Part shown: piece by piece, positions 10,767 through 22,124 of the stretch
How the letters are laid out: every line of letters starts with the position of its first letter
Position numbering within the stretch: the stretch's first letter is position 1
NCBI GenBank assembly: GCA_001600815.1
Contig: BCKZ01000010.1
Coordinates: 619,506-683,505 of the forward strand
Length of the DNA stretch: 64,000 nucleotides
Source of the DNA: Alloascoidea hylecoeti
Taxonomy: Eukaryota
Direction of reading: 5' to 3'
Program-made: the position numbers and the translations under genes
The notes under the pieces: model-generated
Database searches by the model: none
What the model saw: only the letters and a program-made list of their open reading frames with translations
What the model was told of the DNA's origin: nothing

Positions 10767-12647
10767 TTAGTTAAGTCTCACGTAATTTCCGGGGAACGTC
10801 CCACTTCGGCCTCCAACGGTTCCCGTCCACCAGGCGTTAGGGTTGCTCCCTCCTTCAGTGATCTCAATCACTTCTCCTGCTTTGAATGCCAAATCCCCTG
10901 GGTTTTGAGGAGCAAACTCATACAACGCAGTGCATGTGGGTTTGGGTTTAGATTGCCTGGGAACAACCGGTGGTGCATGAGATGCTGATGCCGTCCTGTT
11001 TCGTGTTGGCCGACCTTCTGCACCCATTGTAGCACTTAAAAGAGTCTGACTCTTGGATTTATGAAGACTTTGAACTCCAGGAAGTGCCACGCCTCCTGCT
11101 TGGCTTGCTTGGGCTTGTGTAGAATGAGATGCTGGTTGTAATAAAAATGCTTGAGATCTTGATTTATGTAATGACGATGCTGAGCCTCCCAAAGAACCTG
11201 ACGAACTTTGATAAGGTGTAGGTGTATGAGTACCGTAAATATTCCCTGAACTACCACTTCTACCCCCCACACTACCAACACCTTCATAAGGATCTGGTGG
11301 ATTGCTTGAATTTGAACCATATCTATTCAAACTTGGGGCACTATTTTGTCTGAATTTCCCTCGTTTTGCCATTTCTAATTTAGATCTTGCATTTGTCATT
11401 TTAAAATGACAAATATTAAAACTATCAAATAATTGATCAGCTCCAACATCTTCTTTCCTTCTTCTAAAACCAATTACAACATCTTCATCCCAATCATAAC
11501 CATTTGGTTTAAAATCTTTAACTTCATTCCATAATGTATAAAAAACATTTAATTCAGTATAATAAAAAATTAAAAAAACATGTCTAACAATTTCAGTTTC
11601 CATTTGGAAACTTAATGGTAATTCATCCTTTAACATTTTATTATAATAATCATATTGTAATTGAGCTTCTTCTAATTCTGCTTCAACTCTTTCAAGTGCT
11701 GCTTCATCTCTTGCAGTTTTTTCTGATTTATTTTGTAATGTTTCATAAGTACTTAAAAAACGATCTAAATCTAATCTTTTATGTTCTCTTTTAGTTTCAA
11801 TTGTTCTAATTGATTTTAAATGTTTCGCTAATTCTTCTAAAGGTTTTGCAACTGAATTTTCAATAATTTCTAAAGCTGATTGAATTGCTTCTTGAATATT
11901 AAGACAAACTTGTTCATATTCTTCACATGTTGAACGACCCATTGGGTTTTCACCAGGGTCTTCAATTTCTAAACCATCTTCATCATGTTTTGAAATTGGT
12001 CCATATAATTCAGATATGGCTTGTGAAAATCCAATTTGATGATTAAATATACCTATATATAGTTTGGTTAGAACACTGCCCCTCTTTGTTAACCTTGTAA
12101 CTAAAAATAAAAAGAAAAAGAAAAAGAAAAAGAAAAAGAACAATCAACCATGAAAAAACTAAAAAAATACAGAATACAAAATGCAAAAAAAGATCTAAAT
12201 TTAGAAAGACTTACCATCCATTGATAAACGAAATTGATGACATTCTTTTTGTAATCTTTTAGTTTGTGTTTCTAATTCTTTAAATTGACCTTCATAACTT
12301 GTATATGTTGCATCTTGCGTTTTACCTTGAGTCTATAATTATATAAAATATTAATATCACCAATTTCAACTTCAATTTCAATTTCGATTTCAACTCATGT
12401 ATATTTTCAATCATAAGTTATTATTTCTGTTTTCTTAATCATGATGATTGATTGTTTCTAAGCTTACCAAGTTTAATTTCTCTTTAACGTTTTGAGGAGT
12501 CTAAAGAACTAAGTTAGATATAAAGTTTGGAAGTGATGATAAAATGAAAAAGAGTTCAAAAAGAATGAATGGCAAAATTATGATTGTTAAAGAATGAAAT
12601 GGTGTACTTACTCTCTTTGCGCCACGTTGAAATCCTTTAAAACTCAT
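10767..12647 (-). CDS. RVS167: Amphiphysin-type BAR-SH3 protein (4 exons)
   Basis: Exon 1 MSFKGFQRGAKR (ATG 12647, GTAAGT donor), exon 2 TPQNVKEKLNL, exon 3 ..FKELETQTKRLQKE, exon 4 from ~12052 with KREHKRLDLDR and SH3 ALYEFAPQNPGDLAF..WWTG..GTFPGNYV. Confidence 0.85.
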
Positions 12648-13726
12648 TGTTTAAAACTTGTAAAAAAGACAGTAACAGTAAAATAGTGAAGAAGAAAACG
12701 AACAAATCAATGGAGATTTGAAGAACTTAGAAAAGTGGGATGAAAGAAGAGAAGAAAATGTTAAAGAAAGAGAAGAACAAATTAGAAATCAGGAAGAGGG
12801 AAGTTAAAGTAAAAGGAGATGGGGTGAATTACAAGCTTGGGCGCTGTCGAGGCAACGTTGGTACAAAAAAGGTATAATGATTAGTACTCCATATATTTTG
12901 TTGTTATTTATATTTATTTGTGTGATCTATTTTTATTTCTAATTAGCTGTAATTGTAGAAAAATGAAGACTTTCAGCATTAATTGGGACTTTTGCTTGTC
13001 CTGTTTTATGCCAGAGTGTGCACTTTTCATCCAAATGTATTATATTTCACGCCTTACTGTATCCTTCTATATAATTACAACCTAAACCGAACTTATTTTA
13101 GTGCCAAGTTATAACGAACCTTTAATATCGCATGTTAAGACGGTTAAAATTGAGTTATTCTCGTATAAAATTATATAATATAAGCGGCTGAAAATTTCAA
13201 AACCTATAAATACATCTGAAGGGTTTTCACACGCCGTTATTACTGTTGATAATGTAAAGGCGTGGATGTTCATTTAGTTTCTTTTTGTGTTGAGAACTTG
13301 AGATTATATATCGATTATGTACCATCCTCAGCCATTTTAGCCCACTTACAGCTAGAACATGAGGAGGTAGACTTGGATGATTATAAGGCTTGGTTTTTGA
13401 AAATATATTTCACATGGTTAAGTTATCTCTCCCTGTAATTGTAAGATTTCGATAATCAATACATAATCAATAGTTTCAAGTACACTTGGCATATCAATTA
13501 TGACCAGTATCTTTAAGAAATTAATTCATTTACATTTATATATGTTAATCAATATCAGATACATAGACTATAGCATAAACAAATTTTCTCATGGTTCAAG
13601 TGTAAACTTGAAAATTTATGTATTGTTTGTTATCGTTTGATTTGTCTTCTATTTACAGAATAAGCATTTATCCAATCATTCTTAAATTCTTAAGCTTTTT
13701 TTATGACAACCGATTTATAATTAAAA

Positions 13727-14602
13727 TCAGAGTAAACCTTCCTCTGCTCGTTTATTTCTCTTGATTTGTTTCTCAGTAATATCTCTCTTCTTTTTACTTT
13801 CTCTAACTAAAATTTTACCATCACCAAAGAAATTATGATGTTGTAAATAAGCTCTACCCATATTAAATTCAGCTTCAATAGTATGATCTTCAAGACCTAA
13901 TTTTTGAATTGCCCAAAAATATCTTTCAGGATTAGATCTTTTTAAATATCTTAAAATTCTTTGTCTTTTTTGAACCATTTGTCTTAAATCTCTTTGACAT
14001 CTAAAATCATGTTTATTTTTTTTATATCTTTGTGCTAATGTATGAATTCTAACTGACCAAACAGCTGCTTGAACTTCACTTGAACCAGTATCACCTTCGA
14101 ATCTTTGAAATTCTTTCATTGCTAAATTAATTGCTAATGATATACGATTTGAATTATTACTATTACTCATTGCTAATATTCTGTTAACTGCTTCTCTTTT
14201 TAATGATTCATCTTCAAAAATTTGTGATCTTGCATAAATATCTTTACCTGATCTTGATAATCTTGATAATCTAGATTGTTCAGCTCCAAACAATAATGTA
14301 TCAATTTCATTTTTTGTATAACCATTTGAAAATGTATCTGGCTCTTGTAATATTTGATTTAATCTAGTGAAGAATGGATTATCTGGTTTACCTAAAACTG
14401 GATCATCACTTAATTTTTGTTGACCAATATTCCATCTTCTATCTAAGTTTTTCATTTTAATTTTTTCTGCTTTTAATTTTTCAATTTTTGATGCTTGGGT
14501 TATAAAACTTGTTGAAAATTGTCGAATTGTTGTTGTTGTTGGTGTAGTAAATGAAACATTTACTTTTGAAAGAATTGAACCAATATAGCATTGACGAAAC
14601 AT
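13727..14602 (-). CDS. MRPS28: Mitochondrial ribosomal protein uS15m
   Basis: FQRFEGDTGSSEVQAA and LRQMVQKRQRILRYLKR are S15 motifs; presequence-like N-terminus. Confidence 0.92.
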   Translation of the reverse strand: MFRQCYIGSILSKVNVSFTTPTTTTIRQFSTSFITQASKIEKLKAEKIKMKNLDRRWNIGQQKLSDDPVLGKPDNPFFTRLNQILQEPDTFSNGYTKNEIDTLLFGAEQSRLSRLSRSGKDIYARSQIFEDESLKREAVNRILAMSNSNNSNRISLAINLAMKEFQRFEGDTGSSEVQAAVWSVRIHTLAQRYKKNKHDFRCQRDLRQMVQKRQRILRYLKRSNPERYFWAIQKLGLEDHTIEAEFNMGRAYLQHHNFFGDGKILVRESKKKRDITEKQIKRNKRAEEGLL

Positions 14603-15380
14603 ATTTATGTTTAATTTATTTTCTAATGATGATGCTCCTCCCTCTATCTTAATTATTGAGAGAGAGATCCAATATATCTTGTCTAATGGGTGAGTGGTGG
14701 TGACAAATGAAAAGTTTTGGATTTATAAGGCAGGGTAACTTCTTGGTTCTTTTGTGTATGTCTGTGTTGGTTGGAAACCTCTCAAACAAATCTATATATA
14801 TTTCCATTTTTAAACAATTTATTACATTTAAATAATTCAAAACCAATTATAATTAAATTTATAAAATCAATTTATATTTCAAGAATAATTGATAGAATGT
14901 TAAATCATTTATTTAATAAAATTTTAACATCATATTTAATTAATTTATAACAATAATTTTAAAATCATCAAGAACTAATGTATTTCCAAATGACAATATT
15001 ATGGGTCCATAACCAATTATACCAGCTCCTGAAAGATTAAAAATTATTAAAAATTATTATAAAAATGAAAAAATTTTAAATTTATTGAATAATAATGGTA
15101 ATAAAAAAAATTAGGCCTGCCACAGCTATGGTGTATCATTTGCTCTACTCAAAAAATTCATGATTTTTTAACTGGTGGTAATTCATAATTTATAAGTGAT
15201 GAAATTAGATGCATATAGTGTATAATCATATTCCTAATCAATAAACAATATTCAATATATATTAATAATTGCATTACATCTCAAAAAAAGAAAAAATTAG
15301 TTCTGATTTTTTTAAGTAAATGAATTAAAGTACGTAATAATTTGGTTCCGATTTCAACGAGCCTAAAACTTTAGTTTAAA

Positions 15381-16439
15381 CTACAACAAGTCATCATCTG
15401 CTGCGACAATACTCTTTTTAATTGTTAATAATACCTGTGTCTTCCAATCATCCAATTTTGAGAAACTATCATATTCATAAACTTTATCGGCAAAAGATTC
15501 AGAATCACCATCGTTAACAGCAGATATAACATCTGATAATAGTTTAAACTCTCGGGTTTGTTGGAATGAGGAATCCCATTCTAAGTATTGTCCTATTTGA
15601 CGTTGGGCTGCAACAGCATCACCACCAGCCAAGTAACATAAACCAGCTTTAAGAAAATAGTCTTTCAGAGACCATCGCGTTAGATTATTTCCCATGGCAA
15701 CTTTAGCTACTGATTCGTACGCCTGTGCAGCTTTTAGATATTGCTCATCCATAGCACAGAGATCAGCTGCTTTAAGATATGCTTTATTTGCCAAACTATA
15801 GATGAATGATTAGTATAATATAAAATTATCAAAAATGTTGAGAAAAAAAAAGAAACATACGCTTCGGCTTGGTCACCAAAGTACCACTCGCCAGCTTCTT
15901 GGTAAGCCGCAATTGCCTCTTTTTTTGCATCAAGGTCTTTTTCCAAAACACCGGCGACATCCATTTTATAATTTGCAGCTCTTCTAAATTGGCCTCTAGC
16001 TGTGAATAATTTAATTGCCTCTTCAAGGCATCTTACTGCATCAGCAGGAGCTTCAGTTCTAAATGCTTTAAATGCATCGACCATAGTATTGGCTGCCTCG
16101 TCTCGAGATCCAGCTTCAATTTGAGTTTTAGCAGCCTTCTCATAAGTCTGACCAGCCATTTTACCTATTCAGTATAACAGTCAGATTATAACTAGCAGAA
16201 TAATGTGTAAACAGATTCTTACTATCTTTTTGTAATCTGAAGAGGTTTGCTGCTTGAATGTACAGATCAGCACTCTCCTCTAACTTATAGGAGCTGCCTC
16301 CACCAAACCAGCTCGACATGCCGCCACCGGATTTGGACTTCTTATCTGCCTATTAAGTAGCATTAGTATTCATATTGATATGCCATTTATGAGAATGTGC
16401 CATAATTACCTTTGCGATTAAAGCATACGGGTCGCTCAT
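15381..16439 (-). CDS. SEC17: Alpha-SNAP vesicular fusion protein (4 exons)
   Basis: MSDPYALIAK / ADKK..SWFGGGSSYKLEESADLY / GQFRRAANYKM..AGEWY / WSLKDYFLKAGLC..ADDDLL; canonical intron signals between the segments. Confidence 0.95.
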
Positions 16440-16949
16440 TGTGATATAATCCAAAAAAGACGTAGTTTTGGTGTTGAAGAATGGTTGTTTGTTTCACTTG
16501 AAAGTTTGGGTGTTAGCAAGCATATTAGTGATTTTCTGTAAAAGCCGGGTAATGGAGAAGTTTCCAGTGAAGGGGCATACAAAACAATAAAAAAGAAAAT
16601 ATAACTAATATAAATGAAATATTAATTAATCATAAATAAATCAAAAAATTCATTAAAATATCAAATTTTGAACTAACACTGATATTACCTTTAAATCGAG
16701 ATGATACTAATGTCATTCATAAGAACACATTAGATAGAAATAATTACAAAGGAATTTTAATACCATTTAAATTTATAAATCATAAAGCTATTGAAGTAAA
16801 ATTTGCAGTGTCTATAGAATATTTAGTTAACTCCAGACTTCTCCTGTCTGACGAAACTAAGTCTGTCCATACTCAAAGTATTAAACCTTGCTTTGGATAA
16901 GTATTAAATAGACGTCTGTGAAAGAATCAAAATTCATTATTGATCAAAC

Positions 16950-17720
16950 CCAAGAAATTGAAAATACCTGAAGCGCATAATGATCTTGACAATGGACAAC
17001 TTTTAGTAAATATCGTAAAAGCACCAAGTTTTAAAAGTGGAGTAGAATAAGCAAATACTTTACAAGAAGAAAGTGATGATGAATTAAAACTACAAATCAG
17101 TTTGAATTTAGTAACTACACTGACACTGATTATTCCATTGAGAATCCAATATTTGTTTTGGAAGATTATGAAATAAACGCATCATTAAACAATGATAAAG
17201 AATATACAAAATTAAAGGACACTTTAAATGAACCGAAAAATTATCAAGTTCTAAAGTTAGTCAAAAAAGGTAATATACAATGCATGCTAAAATCGATATA
17301 TAATATATAGGTATATAGCATGAGAAAATTAAATGTTTATTTACATCAGATTGAAATAAAATTGGCCTTTTTTATACTCACAGCTCCAAAATGAGACTTA
17401 TGTCGAGAGGTTTTTTTCTGAGAATAGCATTCCAAATTAAATATGTGTACGTGTGGAAATCTCTCTTTATGGGGTACCCTCATCTGCTTGGAAATTAACG
17501 TAAGACTCGTATTTTAAAATACATAGCTTCAATGAATAAATTCAAACCACAGGAATGTACACTTTTATAAAAAGACAGGTGAAAAAGGTATAACTTTAGT
17601 TTATGTAGATGATATTATAAATACATATATCTTATTTTATGTTATCTGGGACTAATCATCAAAGATCGAAAGATAAAAATGACAACATTAAATGAAATTG
17701 ATCAATATATTTAAAAAACT
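16950..17720 (+). mobile_element. Highly decayed Ty1/copia RT relic
   Basis: Plus strand shows EISLYGVPSSAW (~17455-17495) then GITLVYVDDII (YVDD 17602-17613) in RT order, interrupted by stops and shifts. Boundaries are uncertain. Confidence 0.65.
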
Positions 17721-18736
17721 GATTAAACGTTTACAGTTAAATAATAAATCATACAAGGCATTACGATTTCGAATAATAATTATTATCTAAGCACAGTAGA
17801 TGGTTCCTCCAGAGTCTAGACCAAACATTCTAGTTCTTGTATTTAAAGCTACAAAATATTACATTTTAAAAGGATATTTTTCTGATGTAACAATTTTTTT
17901 TTTTTGGCTACTTCCACTGATGAAAGATTAACCGTATCGTGTTATTTTCTCACTAGATGTTAATAAGCATATTGGTATACAGGAAGTACTAAATTAATGG
18001 CACTTAATCTTATGAGGAAAATTAGTATATGTAGTAATTTCGGCCACTTGTTGATCTATTCATCGGATTTTTCATCCATATTTGTATAAATATTCGCCCA
18101 AATTTTAAATTAATAATTCCGCCACATAATATAATATTCGACTACACACTAATTCAGGCCAATTGATATATTTCGCTCAGGTATAGGTGGCCAAAAATTA
18201 GTGTAGAATGGCCTATATCATTTTAATCGGCATAGTCGAATATCTAGTGAGTACTTGGTCGGATAATTAATAGTTTGTGCATCATGTAGTCTAGATCTAT
18301 TATATTTGCTTCACGCGGTCGAATATTATTACATTATGTGTACGAATTATTGACTCCAAATGGGCTAATATTTAAACAAATATGGCTGTATGACACCTAA
18401 ACACAAACCTGAATACCAATTTCAAAGTTAGAGGAATCAACCAGGACTTATGTAAGCGTATTAATACGTATACATGCGAAAGCTCGAACAACTGTATACC
18501 GGTGTTATAGAGCGTATATATTACTATTTTCCTTTTAAGTACTCTGAAGCAAAACAGCATATATAATATTGATTAATGATCACAAGTTGATTCACAACCT
18601 ATAACATAAGTAACGTAAGTGGTTCTGCTCTTACGTTTCATAATATCTTCTAGCATGTGTAACTCCTGATGATTTCTTGATATATAAAGAAATAAATTCT
18701 CTTTTTATTTTAGAATCGTTACTCAAAATACTACAA

Positions 18737-19963
18737 ATGGGCAGTAAATCATTGATTCTCACTGCCCTTCTGCTTGCCACAACAACCTTGGCAAGCGATT
18801 GTGCAGATTTGTATTATCAATGTGGTGGTAGTTACTGGAGCGGTGCTACCTGTTGTGTTACCGGTAGTTGTTCAAGCCAGAATGATTACTATTATCAATG
18901 TGTTTCTACGGGAGATTCCAATGATAGTGAAGCTGCCGCAGTTATAGCTTCAACAACCAGTGCTAATACTGCTACAGAAGTTGATGCTTCAATAGCTGCT
19001 ACTACCTCCGCCGTGATAGCTGCTTCAGATGCTTCGGAAGCGGATACTACCTCCGCCGTGATAGCTGCTACAGAAGCGGATACTACATCAGTTGTGGCTG
19101 CAGCGGGAGACTCCAATACCTATGTAAGTTATGATGCTGATACAGCGAGCGCGGTTGGTGGTTCTGTCGATTACTCTTATGGTTCTGCTTCTACAGCAAA
19201 TGATGCTGTAGCTACTACATCTGAAACTTCAGCAGTCGCAGCTGCAGTTCAAGTTTCTGAATCCTCTTCTTCCTCTGCTTCTTCTGCATCCTCCTCCTCT
19301 AGTAGTAGTTCCAGTGATATTCAGATTGAAAAGATCAGTGGAGGCCAATCAGGTACTGCAGCTACAACAATGTATTGGGATTGCTGCAAACCATCTTGTG
19401 GATGGGGCACACAATCAGGTGTAAGTGGTGCTGTTGATACTTGTTCAGCAGATGGTGTTACTGTTCTTTCTTCCAGTTCAACAGAAACTGCTTGTTCCGG
19501 AGGTACTGCCTATGTTTGTACAGATCAATCTCCCATCGTTGTTAATGACACATTTGCTATGGGTTTTATTGCTTCATATATTGATGGAACCTACGAGTGT
19601 TGTAAATGTTATTATTTAAGTTTTACAGATAGCTTATTAACTAATAAGCATATGATTGTACAGGCAACGAATACAGGATCTTATACAGATGATCCACATT
19701 TTGATATTGCAGTCCCCGGTGGTGGAGTTGGAGATTATAATGCTTGTAGTTCACAATGGGGTGCAGGAAGCGATGGTTGGGGTAAAAGATATGGAGGAGT
19801 TCAGAATGAAACTGCTTGTAGTGAGTTACCTACTGAATTACAAACTGGATGTGATTTTAGATGGGATTGGTGGGGAGGAGCTGATAATCCAGATGCTGAA
19901 TTTTATGAAGTGACTTGTCCAAGTGAGTTAACTACCATTACTGGTTGTTCAAGAACTGATTAG
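18737..19963 (+). CDS. Secreted GH45 endo-beta-1,4-glucanase with N-terminal CBM1 and Ser/Thr/Ala linker
   Basis: Signal peptide [22 protein letters not shown]1 [29 protein letters not shown]45 motifs [47 protein letters not shown] and CPSELT..TGCSR. Intronless. Confidence 0.95.
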   Translation: MGSKSLILTALLLATTTLASDCADLYYQCGGSYWSGATCCVTGSCSSQNDYYYQCVSTGDSNDSEAAAVIASTTSANTATEVDASIAATTSAVIAASDASEADTTSAVIAATEADTTSVVAAAGDSNTYVSYDADTASAVGGSVDYSYGSASTANDAVATTSETSAVAAAVQVSESSSSSASSASSSSSSSSSDIQIEKISGGQSGTAATTMYWDCCKPSCGWGTQSGVSGAVDTCSADGVTVLSSSSTETACSGGTAYVCTDQSPIVVNDTFAMGFIASYIDGTYECCKCYYLSFTDSLLTNKHMIVQATNTGSYTDDPHFDIAVPGGGVGDYNACSSQWGAGSDGWGKRYGGVQNETACSELPTELQTGCDFRWDWWGGADNPDAEFYEVTCPSELTTITGCSRTD

Positions 19964-20457
19964 TTATATATTTGATATATTTTCTATTAATCAATTAAAG
20001 TAAAAATATGCTTAAACTTTATGAACCTATAAGGCTTATATAAATCGAAGTTTCTTTTGTAAGTTATAGCGTTATAACTATGAATATTAATAGTAATAAT
20101 GATCATCAATTATAAACTCTTTTGGTATTTATTATTTATTATTTATTAGTAGATGTCATTAAATATCTTTGAGATTGATAATTTCTCAGTTACAATACGG
20201 TGAATTATATTATAATCAATCGTACACCTACCTGGATAGAGAATATAAAATCTTGCCTGAACCATTCTATACTAATTTTAATTAGATCAATTGCAAGATT
20301 AAGTTTTGCTATTTTAAATTTTTATAATTGAAGGCAACACTATCATAAATTGATGCCCCCAAGCTTGGTCTGAAGCTTGGCTTCAACTTATAATTAAACA
20401 TGATCATAAATTAAATTTCAAAAAAAGAACAGTATATAAATGTATAAAATTAATCAT

Positions 20458-21877
20458 TTAGTCAATTATAAACTTTGGTTCTAATGGTTTATAACCTTTA
20501 TTATCGTGAGAATCTCTTGAATCATGCAGATGATCGTTATATAAATCATTATTCGTACTATAAGTTAAGTTTGTGTTGGCATTAATAGTATCAAAGTTAC
20601 TCATTTGGTTTGCATTAATATTTGATAAGGAATTTTCCGTAGATTCCTGATCATGATCATAAGATAATTGTTCTAAAGAATTAACATTAAAATAGGCATC
20701 AATATCAGCATAAGCAGAATCATCTTTAATTAATTTTTTCCTAGCCCCACAACACCATAATGGTTCAGTATCAATTAATTCTTTTAAACCATTACCAAAT
20801 TCTTTCAAGACTAAACACCAAGTAATCATTGTTGATAACAACATTAAAATTGTAACTGATGCAAAAGCAGTTAAACTTTTTCTTGCAGTTATATAAGCTT
20901 TTAAGACATCTTTTTTTGATCCATACATTCTAACCATTTTAAATATAAAATAAGCCATTGCACAGAGGTATATGAAGAATATAAAATACATTCCTATTTT
21001 AATTTCTTTTCTTGCAAATAAATAAGATAAAAATAATATAATGATCGTTACTGGTATAACTGCAATTGTTAAATAAAATTCTAAATCATTTTTTTTTAGA
21101 ATTATGACACAAAATTGAATTGTGAAACCTAAAAAAAAGAAGAAATCAAATCTTAATAGAGAAACATATAACTTATAATTATTATAACGACTTTTTGTTT
21201 TTGGATCACAACCAATTAAATGAGAAGTGTTATAGCCAAAACCTTCTCTTAATTTAAAAGTCAATAAAGATTGTAAGATTAGCGTTACTCCTAATACGCC
21301 AATAATTGATATTAAACACGCTTGGGCCGCTATTTTATACTTTTCTGATAATGATCCCAAAACCATGCGTTTAATTTCCATGTATTGTATTCCAGCATAA
21401 AACACCATTGCAGCATAGAAAAGGATCATCATATAAAGCTGTTCAAAAGTGAAAAGTTAGTTGAGTTTGGGTCATGTCTCATGCAGTATACATAAACTAT
21501 AAATAGAAGGGTGCGTACCTGAACAGTATTTTCATTCCTTATAGAATTATAAGAAAGATACAACTGATAGATCTGAAATATTTAGTCGTTAGCAGGTAAT
21601 TTGAGCAGAAATGTGTCGACAAACATAACATGGAATGTATCGAATTCGAACTTACTTGGGCAAATGTAAATAATGCTAGAAATGTTGCAATAGTTCTCGC
21701 TTTATTGCCGCTATCTTTTTCCAGATGCCTTATGAATATAGCAAAAATATAGCCTTGTAGAGCCAAAATTATGATAGAAGAGACCAGAGCAACAAGATAA
21801 TAAGCGACCTCGATTTTACTACGAATGAGCGAACTGCCTCGTCGAACTTGGCTTCCAGATGTGAAAAGGCCTGCCAT
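20458..21877 (-). CDS. Multi-pass membrane protein, UPF0658 Golgi-type (3 exons)
   Basis: Several TM helices; LLRFDFFFFLGFTIQF, YFIFKMVRMY and FGNGLK motifs; introns ~21655-21572 and ~21519-21439. Confidence 0.7.
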
Positions 21878-22124
21878 GATGATCAAAAATCAAAAATCAA
21901 AAATGGAAACTCAGCAAGTAAATAAAAGCAGGAAAATAGAAGACAAAACAGGAAAACAGCAAAAAGAAGAAAAGCCCGAGGAAACAGAAAAGGAGGTTTG
22001 GTATACTTTTGGATCTCATATCGTCACGTGGATATGTAACGGAACACCCGTGCACCCACAGCCCCTTTAAGTCTTTTAACTGTGTGTTCTTTCCAACCTT
22101 TTGTACCCATCAATTAAACCCATC

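Noticed and set aside
12060..12143. Poly-Phe N-terminus of ORF 10767-12143
   Set aside because: Intron pyrimidine tract; the real start is 12647.
14850..15200. Possible gene relic upstream of MRPS28
   Set aside because: Very AT-rich, many stops, no convincing motif.
18677..18736. Extended N-terminus of the GH45 ORF
   Set aside because: Non-ATG start overlapping a TATA-like element; the signal peptide begins at ATG 18737.
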